From the human T2T-CHM13v2.0 reference genome, Homo sapiens: a DNA stretch of 64,000 nucleotides. The stretch is taken from assembly GCF_009914755.1 (NCBI RefSeq), contig NC_060944.1; one strand, given 5' to 3'. The position numbers were made by a program, and so were the translations under genes. Numbering within the stretch: the stretch's first letter is position 1; every line of letters begins with the position of its first letter. Shown here piece after piece: positions 1 to 13,578 of this stretch. A model generated the notes under the pieces. It was not told the DNA's origin. It saw only the letters and a program-made list of their open reading frames with translations, and made no database searches.

Positions 1-1670
1 ACGACGAGGAGCACTGCGACTGTCTGCACCGTGGCCGCCCCTTCTCACCAACGATGAGGAGCATCGCGGCTGCCTGCACCATGGGAGCCCCTTCTCACTG
101 ACAATGAGGAGCATTCAGAGTGTCTACACCGTGGCCGCGCCTTCTCACCGATGCTGAGGAGCACCGAGACTGCACCGTGGCCACCCCTTCTCACTGACGA
201 TGAGGAACATTGTGACCGTCTGCACCGTGGCCGCCCCTTCTCACCGATGCTGAGGAGCACTGCGACTGTCTGCACCGTGGCCGCCCCTTCTCACTGACAA
301 TGAGGAGCATTCAGACTGTCTGCACCATGGCCGCCCCTTCTCACCAACGATGAGGAGCACTGCGACTGTCTGCACCGTGGCCGCCCCTTCTCACCAACGA
401 CGAGGAGCATCGCGGCTGTCTGCACCATGGCCGCCCCTTCTCCCCAACGATGAGGAACATTGTGACTGTCTGCACCGTGGCCGCCCCTTCTCACTGATGA
501 CGAGAAGCACTGTGACTGTCTGCACCGTGGCCGCCCCTTCTCACCAACGACGAGGAGCACTGCGACCATCTGCACCGTGGCCGCCCCTTCTCACGGACTA
601 CGAGGAGCACTGCGACTGTCTGCACCATGGCCGCCCCTTCTCCCCAACAATGAGGAACATTGTGACTGTCTGCACCGTGGCCGCCCCTTCTCACCAACGC
701 TGAGGAGCACTGAGACTGTCTGCACCATGGCCGCCCCTTCTCACCGACGACGAGGAGCACTGCGACCGTCTGCACCGTGGCCGCCCCTTCTCACCGACGA
801 CGAGGAGCACTGCGACCGTCTGGATCGTGGCCGCCCCTTCTCACCGACGACGAGGAGCACTGCGACCGTCTGGATCGTGGCCGCCCCTTCTCACCGACGA
901 CGAGGAGCACTGCGACCGTCTGCACCGTGGCTGCCCCTTCTCACCAATGCTGAGGAGCACTGCGACTGTCTGCACCGTGGCCGCCCCTTCTCACCAATGC
1001 TGAGGAGCACTGAGACCGTCTGCACCGTGGGAGCCCCTTCTCACCGATGAGGAGCACTGCGACTGTCTGCACCGTGGCTGCCCCTTCTCACCAATGCTGA
1101 GGAGCACTGCGACTGTCTGCACCGTGGCTGCCCCTTCTCACCAATGCTGAGGAGCACTGCGACTGTCTGCACCGTGGCCGCCCCTTCTCACCGATGAGGA
1201 GCACTGCGACTGTCTGCACCGTGGCCGCCCCTTCTCACCAACGACGAAGAGCATCGCGGCTGTCTGCACCATGGCCACCCCTTCTCCCCAACGATGAGGA
1301 ACACTGTGACTGTCTGCACCGTGGCCGCCCCTTCTCATCAACGATGAGGAGCATCGCGGCTGTCTGCACCATGGCCGCCCCTTCTCCCCAACGATGAGGA
1401 ACATTGTGACTGTCTGCACCGTGGCCGCCCCTTCTCCCCAGTGATGAGGAACATCGTGACTGTCTGCACCGTGGCCGCCCCTTCTCACTGACAATGAGGA
1501 GCATTCAGAGTGTCTACACCGTGGCCGCGCCTTCTCACCAATGCTGAGGAGCACCGATACTGTCTGCACCGTGGCCGCCCCTTCTCACCGACGACGAGGA
1601 GCACTGCGACTGTCTGTACTGGCCTCCCTGTCTCACTGACGATGAGGAGCACTGCGACTCTCTGCACCGT
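1..1670. repeat. 50-bp unit minisatellite (~33 copies, runs off window start)
   Basis: Unit tgcgactgtctgcaccgtggccgccccttctcaccaacgacgaggagcac. Confidence 0.97.
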
Positions 1671-1794
1671 GGGAGCTGAGGGTTTGGGTTCCAGGACTGA
1701 GAAGCATGGGGGACCCTTGCTCAGCGGCTGCCCAGGGCCCTGATGACCACCTCCTGAAAGACAGCACCTGCCCAGCCTCCAGAAGCTCTGGGGT

Positions 1795-2195
1795 ATTAAC
1801 TACCCATTAACTACACTAACCAGGTGGGAAGGTAGTCCACTAACTACACTAACCAGCCCAGAAAAACAACCTATTAACTATACTAACTACCCTGGAAACC
1901 AGCCCTAATCAACACTAAGCCAGTGGGAAACTAGTCCATTAACTATACTAACCAGCCCAGGAAAACAACCCATTAAGTACACTAATCAGCCCATTATCAA
2001 CCAGCCCATTATCAACACTAACTATGTGAGAAGCTAGTCCATTAACTACACTAACCAGCCCAGAAAAGCAAGCCATTAACTACACTAACCGGGTGGGAAC
2101 TAGTCCATTAACTACACTAACCAGCCCAGGAAGCTGGCCTATTATCCATACTAACCAGCCCAGGAGGCCAACTCACTATGTCCAGTAACCAGCTG
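1795..2195. repeat. Degenerate ~33-bp tandem repeat (ccattaactacactaaccag core)
   Basis: About 11-12 imperfect copies. Confidence 0.8.
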
Positions 2196-2284
2196 TCTCA
2201 TGTGTGGTGCTGTAACCACCTATTGCCGGGACTGGGTACTTGATCACGATGGACGGGAACATGGGTCAGGTCTGGTGGCCGGGA

Positions 2285-2590
2285 GTCCGGGATCCAGGCA
2301 CCACAGGGTTGGTGCTGGGTGAGGGCCTGCCCCACACAGATGGTGCCATCCAGGTGTCCTCACATGGTGGAAGGTGAGGGGCAGAAAGGCCCAGCTCTCT
2401 ACCTCCTGCCCTTTGATAAGATGCCATCCTGGTCCCAGGGGCTCCCACCTCGTGCATGACATTGGTGCTCTGATAAAAGAGGCTCCCCCTTCGCCTTCTG
2501 CTCTTGTCCATGTGAGAACACAGCACCCGCGTCCCTGGAGGACGCAGCAACAGGACACCTCCAGGACGCAGAGAGCACTGTATCAGGAGG
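2285..2590. mobile_element. MST/MLT1A-like MaLR fragments
   Basis: tcctcacatggtggaagg and ccatgtgagaacacagc...ggaggacgcagcaac motifs. Confidence 0.45.
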
Positions 2591-3594
2591 CTGTGGTACT
2601 GGGTGGGGGAAGGGTCCCTCCAGAGCATATTGAGTTTGGACGTGAACTTGAGCTGCATTCCCAACTCTAGGGGAACGCTGAGTCTCCCAACACACCTGAG
2701 ACAAAGTCCACAGTCCTGGGCCTGACCTCGGAGGCCCTCAGTGGTCAGGACCCGCCTTCCCTGTGGGCCTCTGGAGGGCACAAGCATCAGCTCCCAGCGC
2801 CTGCCTGGCTATGATGAAGGGGACCCAGCCGGGACAGCCTCCATCCCAAACCAGCCAGGCCCCATGTAGGGTCAGTGCAGCGGTGTCTGTGCATTGAGAG
2901 ACTGCCCGTGTGTGGCTGGGCCAGGCCACTCACTGCCCATCACTGCAGACAACTATCCAGGACCCCCCAGGCTGCCCCAATACCCCAGTTGCCCAGGCTG
3001 AGCCTCCCAGCCATCCCACCCATCTGCACCCGCTCTGGCACACGGCTGTAAGGTGGGTCTGCCATGGGCGCCGCCCAGGAAGGACATTCTCCTGCCAAGT
3101 CCCAGCCAAGCTGGGGGTCGTGGGCTCACAGCCCCATGATCTGCCCCCCTGCTCTGCCTGCCTCTCACAAGCCAATGTGCCCCTCTGATCACCTTGGCGC
3201 CCTGGCCTCGCCTCCCCACTATAGAATCCCAGCCCTCCAGGCCATGAGTCCAGGCACAAACGGGTTCTCCCACACCAGACTCTGGGTCCTCAAAGCTCTA
3301 CGACTGGCCCAGTCCCCTGACCCCACCTGCCCTGAGAGCCTGAGTCCACACTGGTAGTGGCTCAAGAGTGGAGCCCCTGCACAGTGTCAGTGCCAGCCAC
3401 CCTGGACCTGTGGAGGCTGAGCTCAAAGGCTGAGGAAACTGAGCTCGAAGAAGCAGGCAGCCCTCCGGCCCCTGCTGGGCAGCAGCAGTCTGACCTGAGC
3501 CCCACGCTGGTGCCCAACCCAGCAGCCTCCACCTCCGCCTCAGGAGCCAGTCAGTCCCAGCTCCCCGAAGGGCAGGCCACAGGGCTGGGCCCAG

Positions 3595-3985
3595 TGGTGA
3601 CCCCTTCCCTCCCCCAGCCCTGGGCCCTCCCTCCCACCCTCTCCCCTTCCCCAGCCCTGCAACCGCCCCTCCACAGCCCTGGGCCCTCCCTCCCACACTC
3701 TCCCCTTCCACAGCCCTGGGCCCCTCCTTCCCACCCTCCCTCCCACCAGCCCTGGGCCTCCCCCTACCGTCCTCTCCCCTCCCCTAGCCCTGGGCACCTC
3801 CCTCCCACCCTCTCCCCTTCCCCAGCCCTGGCCCCTCTGTCCCATTCTCTCACCTCCCTTAGCCCTGGGACTCCCTCCCAGCCCTGGGCCCCTCTTCCCA
3901 CCCTCTCCCCTCCCCCAGCCCTGGGCCCCCTCCCACCCTCTCCCCTCCCCCAGCCCTGGGCACCCCCCCACCTTCCTTTTCCTGG
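3595..3985. repeat. C-rich degenerate repeat (cagccctgggcccc...)
   Basis: Directly visible. Confidence 0.85.
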
Positions 3986-5009
3986 GGCACAATTCACATG
4001 TACACTGACTTGCATAACAAAAAACCACTCACACGGTTAATCATGGGTGCAGTTGATAATTACAGGCACAATTAACCACTTGCTAATTTTGAGGGTGCGA
4101 GCAGTTAATTACATTCACAATTAGGCAACTGCTGTAGGCCTGGGACCGGAGTCCTGGTGGGGGGACACTCCTTGTAATCAGACTCCCAGGGTGAGGCCCT
4201 GTGGTGGGGGTGAGGGTCAGGTGATCTGCGAAGCACCCCCCTCCCAGCTTCAAGTGGGGAGCTTACAGGCCTAGAGGTCAGGGCCTGGCAAACGACCTGA
4301 AAAATCCAGCTTGAGGCCCTTTCCAGGGAGCCCCAGAGGCCTTCTCTTGGGTCATTTCCCAGGATGGGGGTCGCTGTCACTCCTCTGTCCCAGGAGGATT
4401 CAGAGAGGTCAGTTCACAGGCCTATGCTGGGCAGAGCCACTCATCCACGGCACTGGCCACTCAGCCAGGTATTGACAGACCCACCCGCAGGGCAGACAAA
4501 AGAGGCATGGCCCAGCCAGCTGCGGGACCCTGCACCCCCCACTCACTCACACATGTGCACATACACACACACACACAGCCCTCCTCGGCTCACAGGGGGC
4601 TGCAGGACGCTGTCCAAGGTACTGACCTCCCTGCTGCTGGGCCCCTCGCTGCTGAGCCAGGCAGGGGAAGTCAGCTGGGCCAACTGGGAGGGTCGGGCAG
4701 GGACAGCACCTGAAATCCCTGCTCAGCCCCCTGTGCCGTTCCTGCCCCTGAGACCACGGCCAGCCACCCAAGGGCTACCCCTCAGCAGCCTGAGGACACA
4801 GCGCCGGCTCTTCATCTCAAGCACACGGAGGTGCAAGAGGGAGGGTCTGCGGCCTCGGCAGAGACAGCCGGATGCACTGAGACCCTGGCCTGGGGCAGGC
4901 AGGGGCTCCCTCAGGGGGCTCAGAAGGGGTCAGTGCTGCAGACCACAGGCCGGCCCAGCCTCAGGCACGGTCCACCTGGCACAGCACACTTCACAGTGTT
5001 GAATATACT

Positions 5010-5460
5010 GTTGTATTTGTTTCCTGAGGTAACAAAGTCCCACAAACTCGGTGGCTTAAAAGAAAGACATTTATGCTCTCCCAGTCCTGGAGGCCAAAAG
5101 TCTGAGATCAGTATCCCTGGGCCGAAATCAAGGGGTCGGCAAGGCTGAGCTCCCTCCGGGGAATTAGGGGACGAGCCCTCACTGCCTCTTCCAGCCTCCA
5201 GTTCCTTGGCTCACGCCCACATCACTCCCGTCTCCACCTCCATCTTCACTTCATCTTAGTGTAACCTCCCTCCATCTCCCTCTTACATATGGACACTTCC
5301 CATTGGATTTCGGGCCTATGACTAGTCCTGAAAGATCTCATCTTGAGACCTTCAACGTGATCATATCTGCAGAGACTCTATTTCCAAATAAGGTCACCTT
5401 CACGGGCTGTTTTTCTTTTAGGGCGGTGGGGGTGGGGGGGGGGATTTTTCAGCTGACCAC
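5010..5460 (-). mobile_element. MLT1-type MaLR LTR
   Basis: cacaaactcggtggcttaaaa...cagtcctggaggcc...gcagagactctatttccaaataaggtcac motifs. Confidence 0.75.
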
Positions 5461-5679
5461 AATTGTCAACATTAAAAAATCAAGATATTGTAGGGGTCCC
5501 ACCTAGATATTGAGGAGGTGGACAACAGGAGGACTGGGTCTCTCCTTCATCCCTCAGCTGCCAGGATGGAGGGTTTGGGGGGGGTCATTTCTTACACAGC
5601 TCCCAGTAGGAGATGCTGTGTAGCCTTGGGAGTGTCACTTAGCTACCTCTGGGCTTCCTTGTCTGTTGCTGGGACCGTG

Positions 5680-6005
5680 TATCAGCTAGTTGCTGAGTAA
5701 CAAACACAAACACGATCTCAGCAGCACAGAGTCAGCATTTGGTTGGCTGGTCCAGGCCAGGCCGCTGGGGCAGCTGAGCTCTGCCCCCCACTCCCTCATC
5801 CTCCCCCTGACCAGCAGGCTAGCCACCCTCACTGATGGCAGCAACACAGGACAGCAGCCTGGTCACCGCAGCTCTCAGTTCAGAGCACCACATGCCCCGT
5901 GAACATCCCCTCAGTCAAAGCAAGTCACATGGCTGAACCCACAGTCAAGGGGCAGGGAATTAGACTCCACCCCCTTAGTGGGGGAGCTTCAGAGGCACAG
6001 GGCAA
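5680..6005 (-). mobile_element. Old MLT1 (J/K-like) LTR fragment
   Basis: caaagcaagtcacatggctgaaccc...aggggcagggaattagactccac motif. Confidence 0.6.
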
Positions 6006-6109
6006 GCGTGGTTGGCAGGGGTGAAGGATGGGGCCAGTGATGCCAGGGGCCCACAGGGGTGCATGGGGGTCAGAACCCATCATTCACTCCCCAAGCACAA
6101 GCCCAGGGC
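5993..6109 (-). ncRNA. MIR1257: MIR1257 precursor; mature miR-1257 at 6068-6088
   Basis: Reverse complement of 6068-6088 is AGTGAATGATGGGTTCTGACC, matching remembered miR-1257; position just downstream of TAF4 is as expected. Confidence 0.88.
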
Positions 6110-6399
6110 CAGCTGGCCCACAGGTCCCCCTGGTGCCCAGCATCCCCCCGTCCCCCTCCCATGGGGTGGGGCTCGCATCCAATGCCTGGTTCCAAGTGTC
6201 CTCCTCATCTTACCTGCATGGTGACCATCCAGGACGCTCTCCCTGAGCCCGCTGCTTACTGAGTGCCACGGAGGCCTGCAGGGGGAGTGGGCACACACAG
6301 GAGAGACGCATGATTTGCAATCTCGTTAATGAGCCGTAGCACAATCACAGACCTGCCCTGACAAGGAGCTGCACTCGTGGTAACATAAAACTGTCAGCC

Positions 6400-6710
<311 letters not shown>

Positions 6711-8830
6711 CCTGTCAGCCAACGAAGCTCATTACAAGCTGCTCCTCAGACTTCCTGTCAGCTGGGACTGCATCCGCCTGTTCAGCCCTTCCAGGCCTGG
6801 AGCTGGAGCCCAGGAGGGAGGCCAAGGGGTCCCACTGCAGCTGGGGTGCTGACTGTTAGCTACCAGCCCTTCCGTGGGCCTGTCAGGTTCAGTCTCGGAT
6901 GCTGTGGGGCCCTGGGACCCCTCATGGGAAGCTGACTTGGACCGTTCAAGAGCCCTATCTAGCCCTCAGCAGGACAAGATCCTCTCAGCAACATCCCCAA
7001 CACACACTCAACCAGACAGCCTGCAAAGAGCCAGTTCTGTATTTGGACAGCTCGGCTCCCCATGGTACCCTTGTACTCCATGGTAAACCAAAACAAGCTT
7101 CTTTGTAACTTCCACCTACTAAAACCATTCCATTACCACCAACTAAGACGGATTCTCCACCTGCCCATCCCAAACCTACCCCCAGGTGTCCCGTGTCTCC
7201 TTGTCTCCTGCATCTGCTGCCCACGTGCAGGCTGAGTGTGAAATAACAAAGGACATCCTCCTGGTGGCGCGGGGCAGAGAGCCAACTCACAGAGGGGAGG
7301 ACATCCACGCTGGCCACGAGCCAGCTCCCCACAATGACCAGCCCAGCCACCCCGATGGTGGGGGAGAATGGGTCCTCCCTCTGCGATCTGAGAGTTCCAC
7401 TCAGTAGCCCTCAAACCCTACTCCACACACACCTGTTCGCCCTGAATCTAATGTGCTCACTTTGAGCTATCTTCCTGTATGCCTTTTCCCAGGCTGATAC
7501 CCTCTTTTCTTTGCTTTTGCAAACTAGCTGAATTTCTTAGCCAGAGCCATCAGGCAAGAGAAAGAAATAAAGGACATTCAAATTGGAAAAGAGGAATTCA
7601 AACTACCTGTTTGCCAATGGTATGATCTTATACCTAGAAAGCCCTAAAGACTCCTCCAAAAGACTCCTAGATTCGATAAATGAATTCAGTAAAGCCTCAG
7701 GTCACAACATCAATGTAGCACTGCTATACACCAACGATGACCAAGCTGAGAATCAAATCAAGAACTCAATCCCTTTTACAATAGCTGCAAAAAAATAAAA
7801 TACCTAGGAATATATGTACCCAAGGGGGTGAAAGATCTCTACAAGGAGAACTACAAACACTGCTGAAGGAAATCACAGATGACACAAATGGAAATATATC
7901 CCATGCTCACTTATTGGAAGAATCAATATTGTGAAAATGACCAAACTGCCCAAAGCAATCTACAGATTCAGTGCAATTCCTATCAAAATACCAACATTCC
8001 TTTTTCACAGAATTAGAAAAACAATGCTAAAATTCATTTGGAACCAAAAAAGAGCCTCAATAGGCAAAGCAATCTTAAGCAAAAAGAACAAATCTGGAGG
8101 CATCACATTACCTGACTTCCAACTATACTACAGGGCTATAGTTACCAAACAGCATGATACTGGTGCAAAAGTAGATAACAGACCAATAGAACAGAATAGA
8201 GAATGAAGAAATAAAGCCAAATCCTTACGACCAACTGATCTTTGATAAAGCAAACAAAACCGTATTCAATAGATGCTAGGAAAAACTGGTGAGCCACGTG
8301 TAGAAGAATGAAACTGGATACCTATCTTTCAGCATATACAAAAATCAACTCAAATGAATTAAAGACTTTAATCTAAGATCTGAAACCATAAAAATTCTAG
8401 AAGAAAACCTAGGCAAAACTCTTCTGGACATCAGCCTTGGCAAAGAATTTATGACCAAGACCCCAAAAGCAAATGCAACAAAACCAAATATAAATAAGTG
8501 GGACCTAATTAAACTAAAAACCTTCTGCACTGCAAAAGAAAGAATCATTAGAGTAAACAGAACACCCGCAGAATGGGAGAAAATGTTTGCAAACTATGCA
8601 TTTGATAAAGAACTAATAATCAGAATCTGCAAGGAACTCAAATCAGCAAGAAAAGAAAAACAATCTCATTAAAAAGTGGGCAAATGACACGAATAGACAT
8701 TTCTCAAAAGAAGATAAACAAATGGCCAAGAAACACATGAAAAATGCTTGACATCACTAATCATTAGGGAAATGCAAATTAAAACCACAATGAGATACCA
8801 CCTTATCCCAGCCAGAATGGCCATTATTAA

Positions 8831-9409
8831 TGTTGCGGTAAACTGAGGAACGGAGAGACCACTATGGAGTACAGGAGGATTGTTGTTTATTTTAGGTACG
8901 TACCGGCTCAGAGGACTCACATCCAAAAAGCTGAGCATTGAACAAAGACTGAGCAGGGTTTTTATAAGCGGACTTACAAGAGTAAAACAAAGCAGTTAAT
9001 CGTACAGTGACAGGTCACGTAATCTATAGCGTAACTGTTGACTTAGCATAACTTGTGGCCTTGCATAGCTAGTGACCTCACAGCTGTGTCAAAAGAAAAA
9101 CAAGAACTAGCTAAATACAGACATTTGTAAAACATAATCATGCTTAAGAAGCCTGGGAAAGGAGTAACAGTAAAAGAATTTGTCTTTCTTTTTTCCCTCA
9201 ACCTTGCTCTGGAGTGGGGGTGTCTGGAGCCCATTCCTTTGGCGGTGGCTACTCAAACAGTGTTATCTTATAACTGTCCTTGAAGTGAGCCTGCTGCACT
9301 TTCCCCTGCTAGGCAGAGGAAAACTTGTTCTTTTCTTTTTAACCTTTGCCTTGCCTGTTACTTTTCTTAGAGTGAATGAATGCATATTTATTTTTAAATT
9401 TCTGCCTCA
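8831..9409 (-). mobile_element. ERV1-class solo LTR inserted in L1
   Basis: TG...CA termini; minus-strand TATA (~8960) and AATAAA (8886-8891); L1 sequence resumes exactly (ccattattaa|ctaaaaagtca), 4-bp TSD with one mismatch. Confidence 0.75.
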
Positions 9410-9716
9410 CTAAAAAGTCAAAAAACAATAGATGTTGGTGTGGAGGTGGTGAAAGGGAATGCTTACACACTGCTGGCAGGAATGTAAACTAATACAACCT
9501 CTATAGAAAACAGTATGGAGATTTCTCAAAGAACTAAAAGTAGATTAGCCATTCGACCCAGCAATCCCTCTACTGGGCATCCACCCAAAGGAAAGGAAGT
9601 CATTACCTCAAAAAGACACCTGCACATGTGTGTTTATCACAGCACAATTCACAACTGCAAAGACATGGAACCAACCCAAGTGCCTATCAGCTGATGAGCA
9701 GATAAAGAAAGTGTGA

Positions 9717-9724
9717 GATAGATT

Positions 9725-9765
<41 letters not shown>

Positions 9766-9800
9766 GGATGGATGGAAGGATGGACGGACGGATGGTCGGA
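9717..9800 (+). repeat. (GATA)n/(GATG)n/(GACG)n compound microsatellite
   Basis: Directly visible. Confidence 0.95.
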
Positions 9801-10078
9801 CAGACATAATGAAATACACACATATATATGTCATGAAATACAACTCAGTCATAAAAAGAATGAAATAATGCATTTTGTAGCAACTTGGATGGAACTGCAG
9901 ACCATTATTCTAAGTGATGCAACTCAGGAATAGAAAACCAAATACTGTATGTTCTCACTTATAAGCGGGAGCTAAGCTGTGGGTACACAAAGGCATGCAG
10001 AGTGGTATAATGAACACTGGAGAATCAAAGAGGAGGAGGGAGGGATGGGGATGAGGGACAAAAAACTACCTATTGGGA

Positions 10079-10377
<299 letters not shown>

Positions 10378-10507
10378 CTACCTATTGGGTACAATGTACA
10401 CTACTCAGGTGATGGGTGCACTAAAATCTCAGACTTCACCACTACACAATTCATCCATGGAACCAAAAACCACCTGTGCAAAGCTATTGAAATAAAATAA
10501 AAACTAG

Positions 10508-10810
10508 AGCTGGGCACAGTGGCTCACACCTGTAACCTCAGCACTTTGGGAGGCCAAGGCGGGGGATCGCTTGAGCCTAGCAGTTCAAGACCAGCCTGGG
10601 AAACATAGCAAGACCCCATCTCTACTAAAAAAAAAATTGTTTAAAATATCCTAGTGTAGTGACGTGCGTCTGTGGTCCCAGCTACTTGGGAAGTTGAGGC
10701 ATGCAGATCACTTGAGCCCAGGAGGCCAAGGCTGCTGTGAGCTGTGATCACACATCTGCACTCCAGCCTGGATGACAGAGCAAGACCCCGTCTCAGAAAA
10801 CAACAACAAA
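10508..10810 (+). mobile_element. AluJ
   Basis: Diverged dimer with J-type motifs. Confidence 0.9.
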
Positions 10811-11821
10811 ACTCTCTGAGGTATAATTTACATACAACAAAATTCACCAATTTTAAATATAATTTGATGAGTTCTGACAAATGTACACAGTTGTGTAACC
10901 ACCAGCACGATGATTACGTGGAACATTCCCATCACACCAAAACTAGTTGTGTAACCACCAGCACGATGATTACGTGGAACATTCCCATCACACCAAAACT
11001 TTCCCTCCCTGGGCCTCTTTACACTCAATCCCCTCCTCCACCCTCGCCCTGGGCTCCTGTATTCTATTCGCTATTCCTGTAGTTTTGACTTTCATATAAA
11101 TGAAACCACCCAGGATGCAGCATTTTGAGTCTGTCCTCTATCACCAAACATAATGCTTTTGAGAGTTATCGTTGCTGCACCCTGGGGTAGCTCATTCTGT
11201 TTTTCTAGCTGAAAAACTTTCCTTATGTGGGTGTACTACAATTTATTTTATCCATTCACCTGTTGAAGGGTATTTGGCTTGTCTCCCGTTCACGGCTATT
11301 ATGAATAAAGCCGCTATGAATGTCGAAGTCAAGTTCTTTACATGGACAGAGGCCTTCTCCTGGATGGCCACCTGGGGTGGAACTGCTGGATCACGTGGTG
11401 ACTGAGGTGTAACTTTTCAAGAAACTGCCAGGCTGATTTCTAAAATGTCTGTAGCATGTTACACTCCCCCATGCAGGGTCTGGGGGTTCCAGCGAATCTA
11501 CACCCTTCCCTGCGCTGGCATGGTCCGTCCTGTACATTCCAGCCTTTCCAGGAGGAGCGCAGCAGTGTCCCACTGTGGTTCAAATTTGTGTTTCCTTGAT
11601 GACGAATGACGCTGAGCATCTTTGTGTGTGCTCATTTGCCATCTGTACTTCTTCTTTGGGGAAGTCTGTTCCAATCCCTTGTCTCACAGGAATGTTCGTC
11701 TCTATATTTGGCTACATAGTTGCCATTTCTGGTGCTATTTCTTTACTGTTGTGTCCGTTTGATATGACTTTCCTTCTGCTTACAGAGCTTACTTTAACCT
11801 TACTTAATATGTTGAGGATGC

Positions 11822-12735
11822 TGAGGCAGGAGAATAGGGAATTGGGGTAACCAAGGGTTAAGGCAGAAGCAAAAGAGCAGCAGGCTCCGCCAGCTCCAGG
11901 CAAGACTGGGCGGCACACAGGCCGTATCCCCACCCCTGTGATGACAAGACAGAAGCCTCCACGTCAGCCTCTGATTGGCCGCAGATCAATCCTTCATAGG
12001 GTGTAACCAATGGGAGGCTTCTAAAGGGCACCTAGGGGTGTTACCAAATCTTTTAGCTTTATAAAAACCTGGGGAGCATTGCAATGGGGGGGGATAGTGT
12101 CTTGAGCCACTTGCTCGAGTCCGCTCCCACTCTGCGGAATGTACTTCCGCCTCAATGTAGCTGTGCCTTCGACTCAGCAAAACAGAAATAATATTCCAAA
12201 TACGCACGATGGTAAGAACCAACAGGAACCCTCATATCCTGCTACTGCAGCCGCACCTATGATTGGTTATCCCGGGCCAAAAAGACATTTTCAGTAAGAC
12301 TTTAGAAGTATATGTAAATGTCTGTTTTTCACAATTGCTCCATATATTGTGTGTTTTCAGACAAGACAGTTATTTAAGAAACGGGAATTGCAGAAATGGC
12401 TGTAGTGCAGCGGTAATATTTAAGTCGACTAGTTATCCACGTTCCTGAAACAATTTCTAAGGTTTTTTTTTTGTAGTAGAAAATGTAGGCAGTGTTTTCA
12501 CAAAAGTAAATGTACAGTGATTTGAAATACAATAAATGAAGGCAATGCATGGCGTTCCAGTAAACATTTTAAAAATAAATAAATAAAAATCTGTGCTTTC
12601 GTTACTCCTTTCTTTCGTTGCTTGCCTTTCATTGCTTCGTTCTTTTGTTGCTTTGTTTGTGCATTTTGTTCAATTCTTTGTTCAACACACCAAGAACCTG
12701 GACAACCCACAGTCAAGACGTTCCACCCGGTAACA
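11822..12735 (+). mobile_element. ERV1-class solo LTR (MER51/LTR15-like), interrupted by the DDX5 retrocopy
   Basis: TGAGGCAGGAGAATAGGG...GGTAACA termini; CCAAT boxes ~11970-12010; TATAAAA ~12060; 4-bp flanks atgc/atgg. Confidence 0.8.
12172..12589 (+). pseudogene. 5'-truncated DDX5 processed pseudogene fragment (last ~41 codons, 3'UTR, A-rich tail)
   Basis: 12172-12297 reads TQQNRNNIPNTHDGKNQQEPSYPATAAAPMIGYPGPKRHFQ*, versus the remembered DDX5 C-terminus TQQYGSNVPNMHNGMNQQAYAYPATAAAPMIGYPMPTGYSQ*; DDX5-like UTR (TAAGACTTTAGAAGTATATGTAAATGTC...), AATAAA at 12531, A-rich tail, TSD ctgtgc(c/t)ttcg. Confidence 0.88.
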
Positions 12736-12869
12736 ATGGGACATCACTTTAACATTGCCGGGACACAGGTCTGATGGCGATGAACTCTTTCAATTTTTGT
12801 GTTTCTGAAAAACTAATTTCACCTTTTCTAAAGAAAAAAATGTTTTCATTGGGTAAAGAATTTTAAATT

Positions 12870-13185
<316 letters not shown>

Positions 13186-13334
13186 TCAGTGCTTTCGGGA
13201 TGCCGTTCCACCATTTCCAGCCTGTGTTGTTTCCAACAATGCAAATATTCTGACAAAAATATTGTCATCCTTTTGTTCCTTAAAAATTTTCTTTTTAAGG
13301 CCATTTGATTTTTTACGTGCCTTGCTGTCAGTTT

Positions 13335-13578
13335 TTGTTTTGTTTTTTAAACAGGGTCTCATTCCGCCACCCAGGCTCAAACAATCCTCCTGCCTCGGCC
13401 TCCCAGATAGCTGGGACTGCTGGTGTGCATCACTATGCCTGGAAAATTCTTGTATTTTTTGTGGAGTTGGGTTTTTGCCACGTTGCCAAGGCTGGTCTCG
13501 AAATCCTGGGCTCAAGCGATCCTCCTGCCTCGGCCTCCCACAGCGCTGGGATTACAGGCGTGAGCCACCGCGCCTGGC
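13335..13578 (-). mobile_element. AluJ, partially deleted
   Basis: Antisense Alu motifs. Confidence 0.85.

Noticed and set aside
1-1670. CRISPR-like array or Cys/His-rich repeat protein
   Set aside because: Units are contiguous with no unique spacers; the 50-bp unit is not a multiple of three; the context is human
7583-8672. ORFs with reverse-transcriptase-region similarity
   Set aside because: Fragments of a dead, 5'-truncated L1 ORF2
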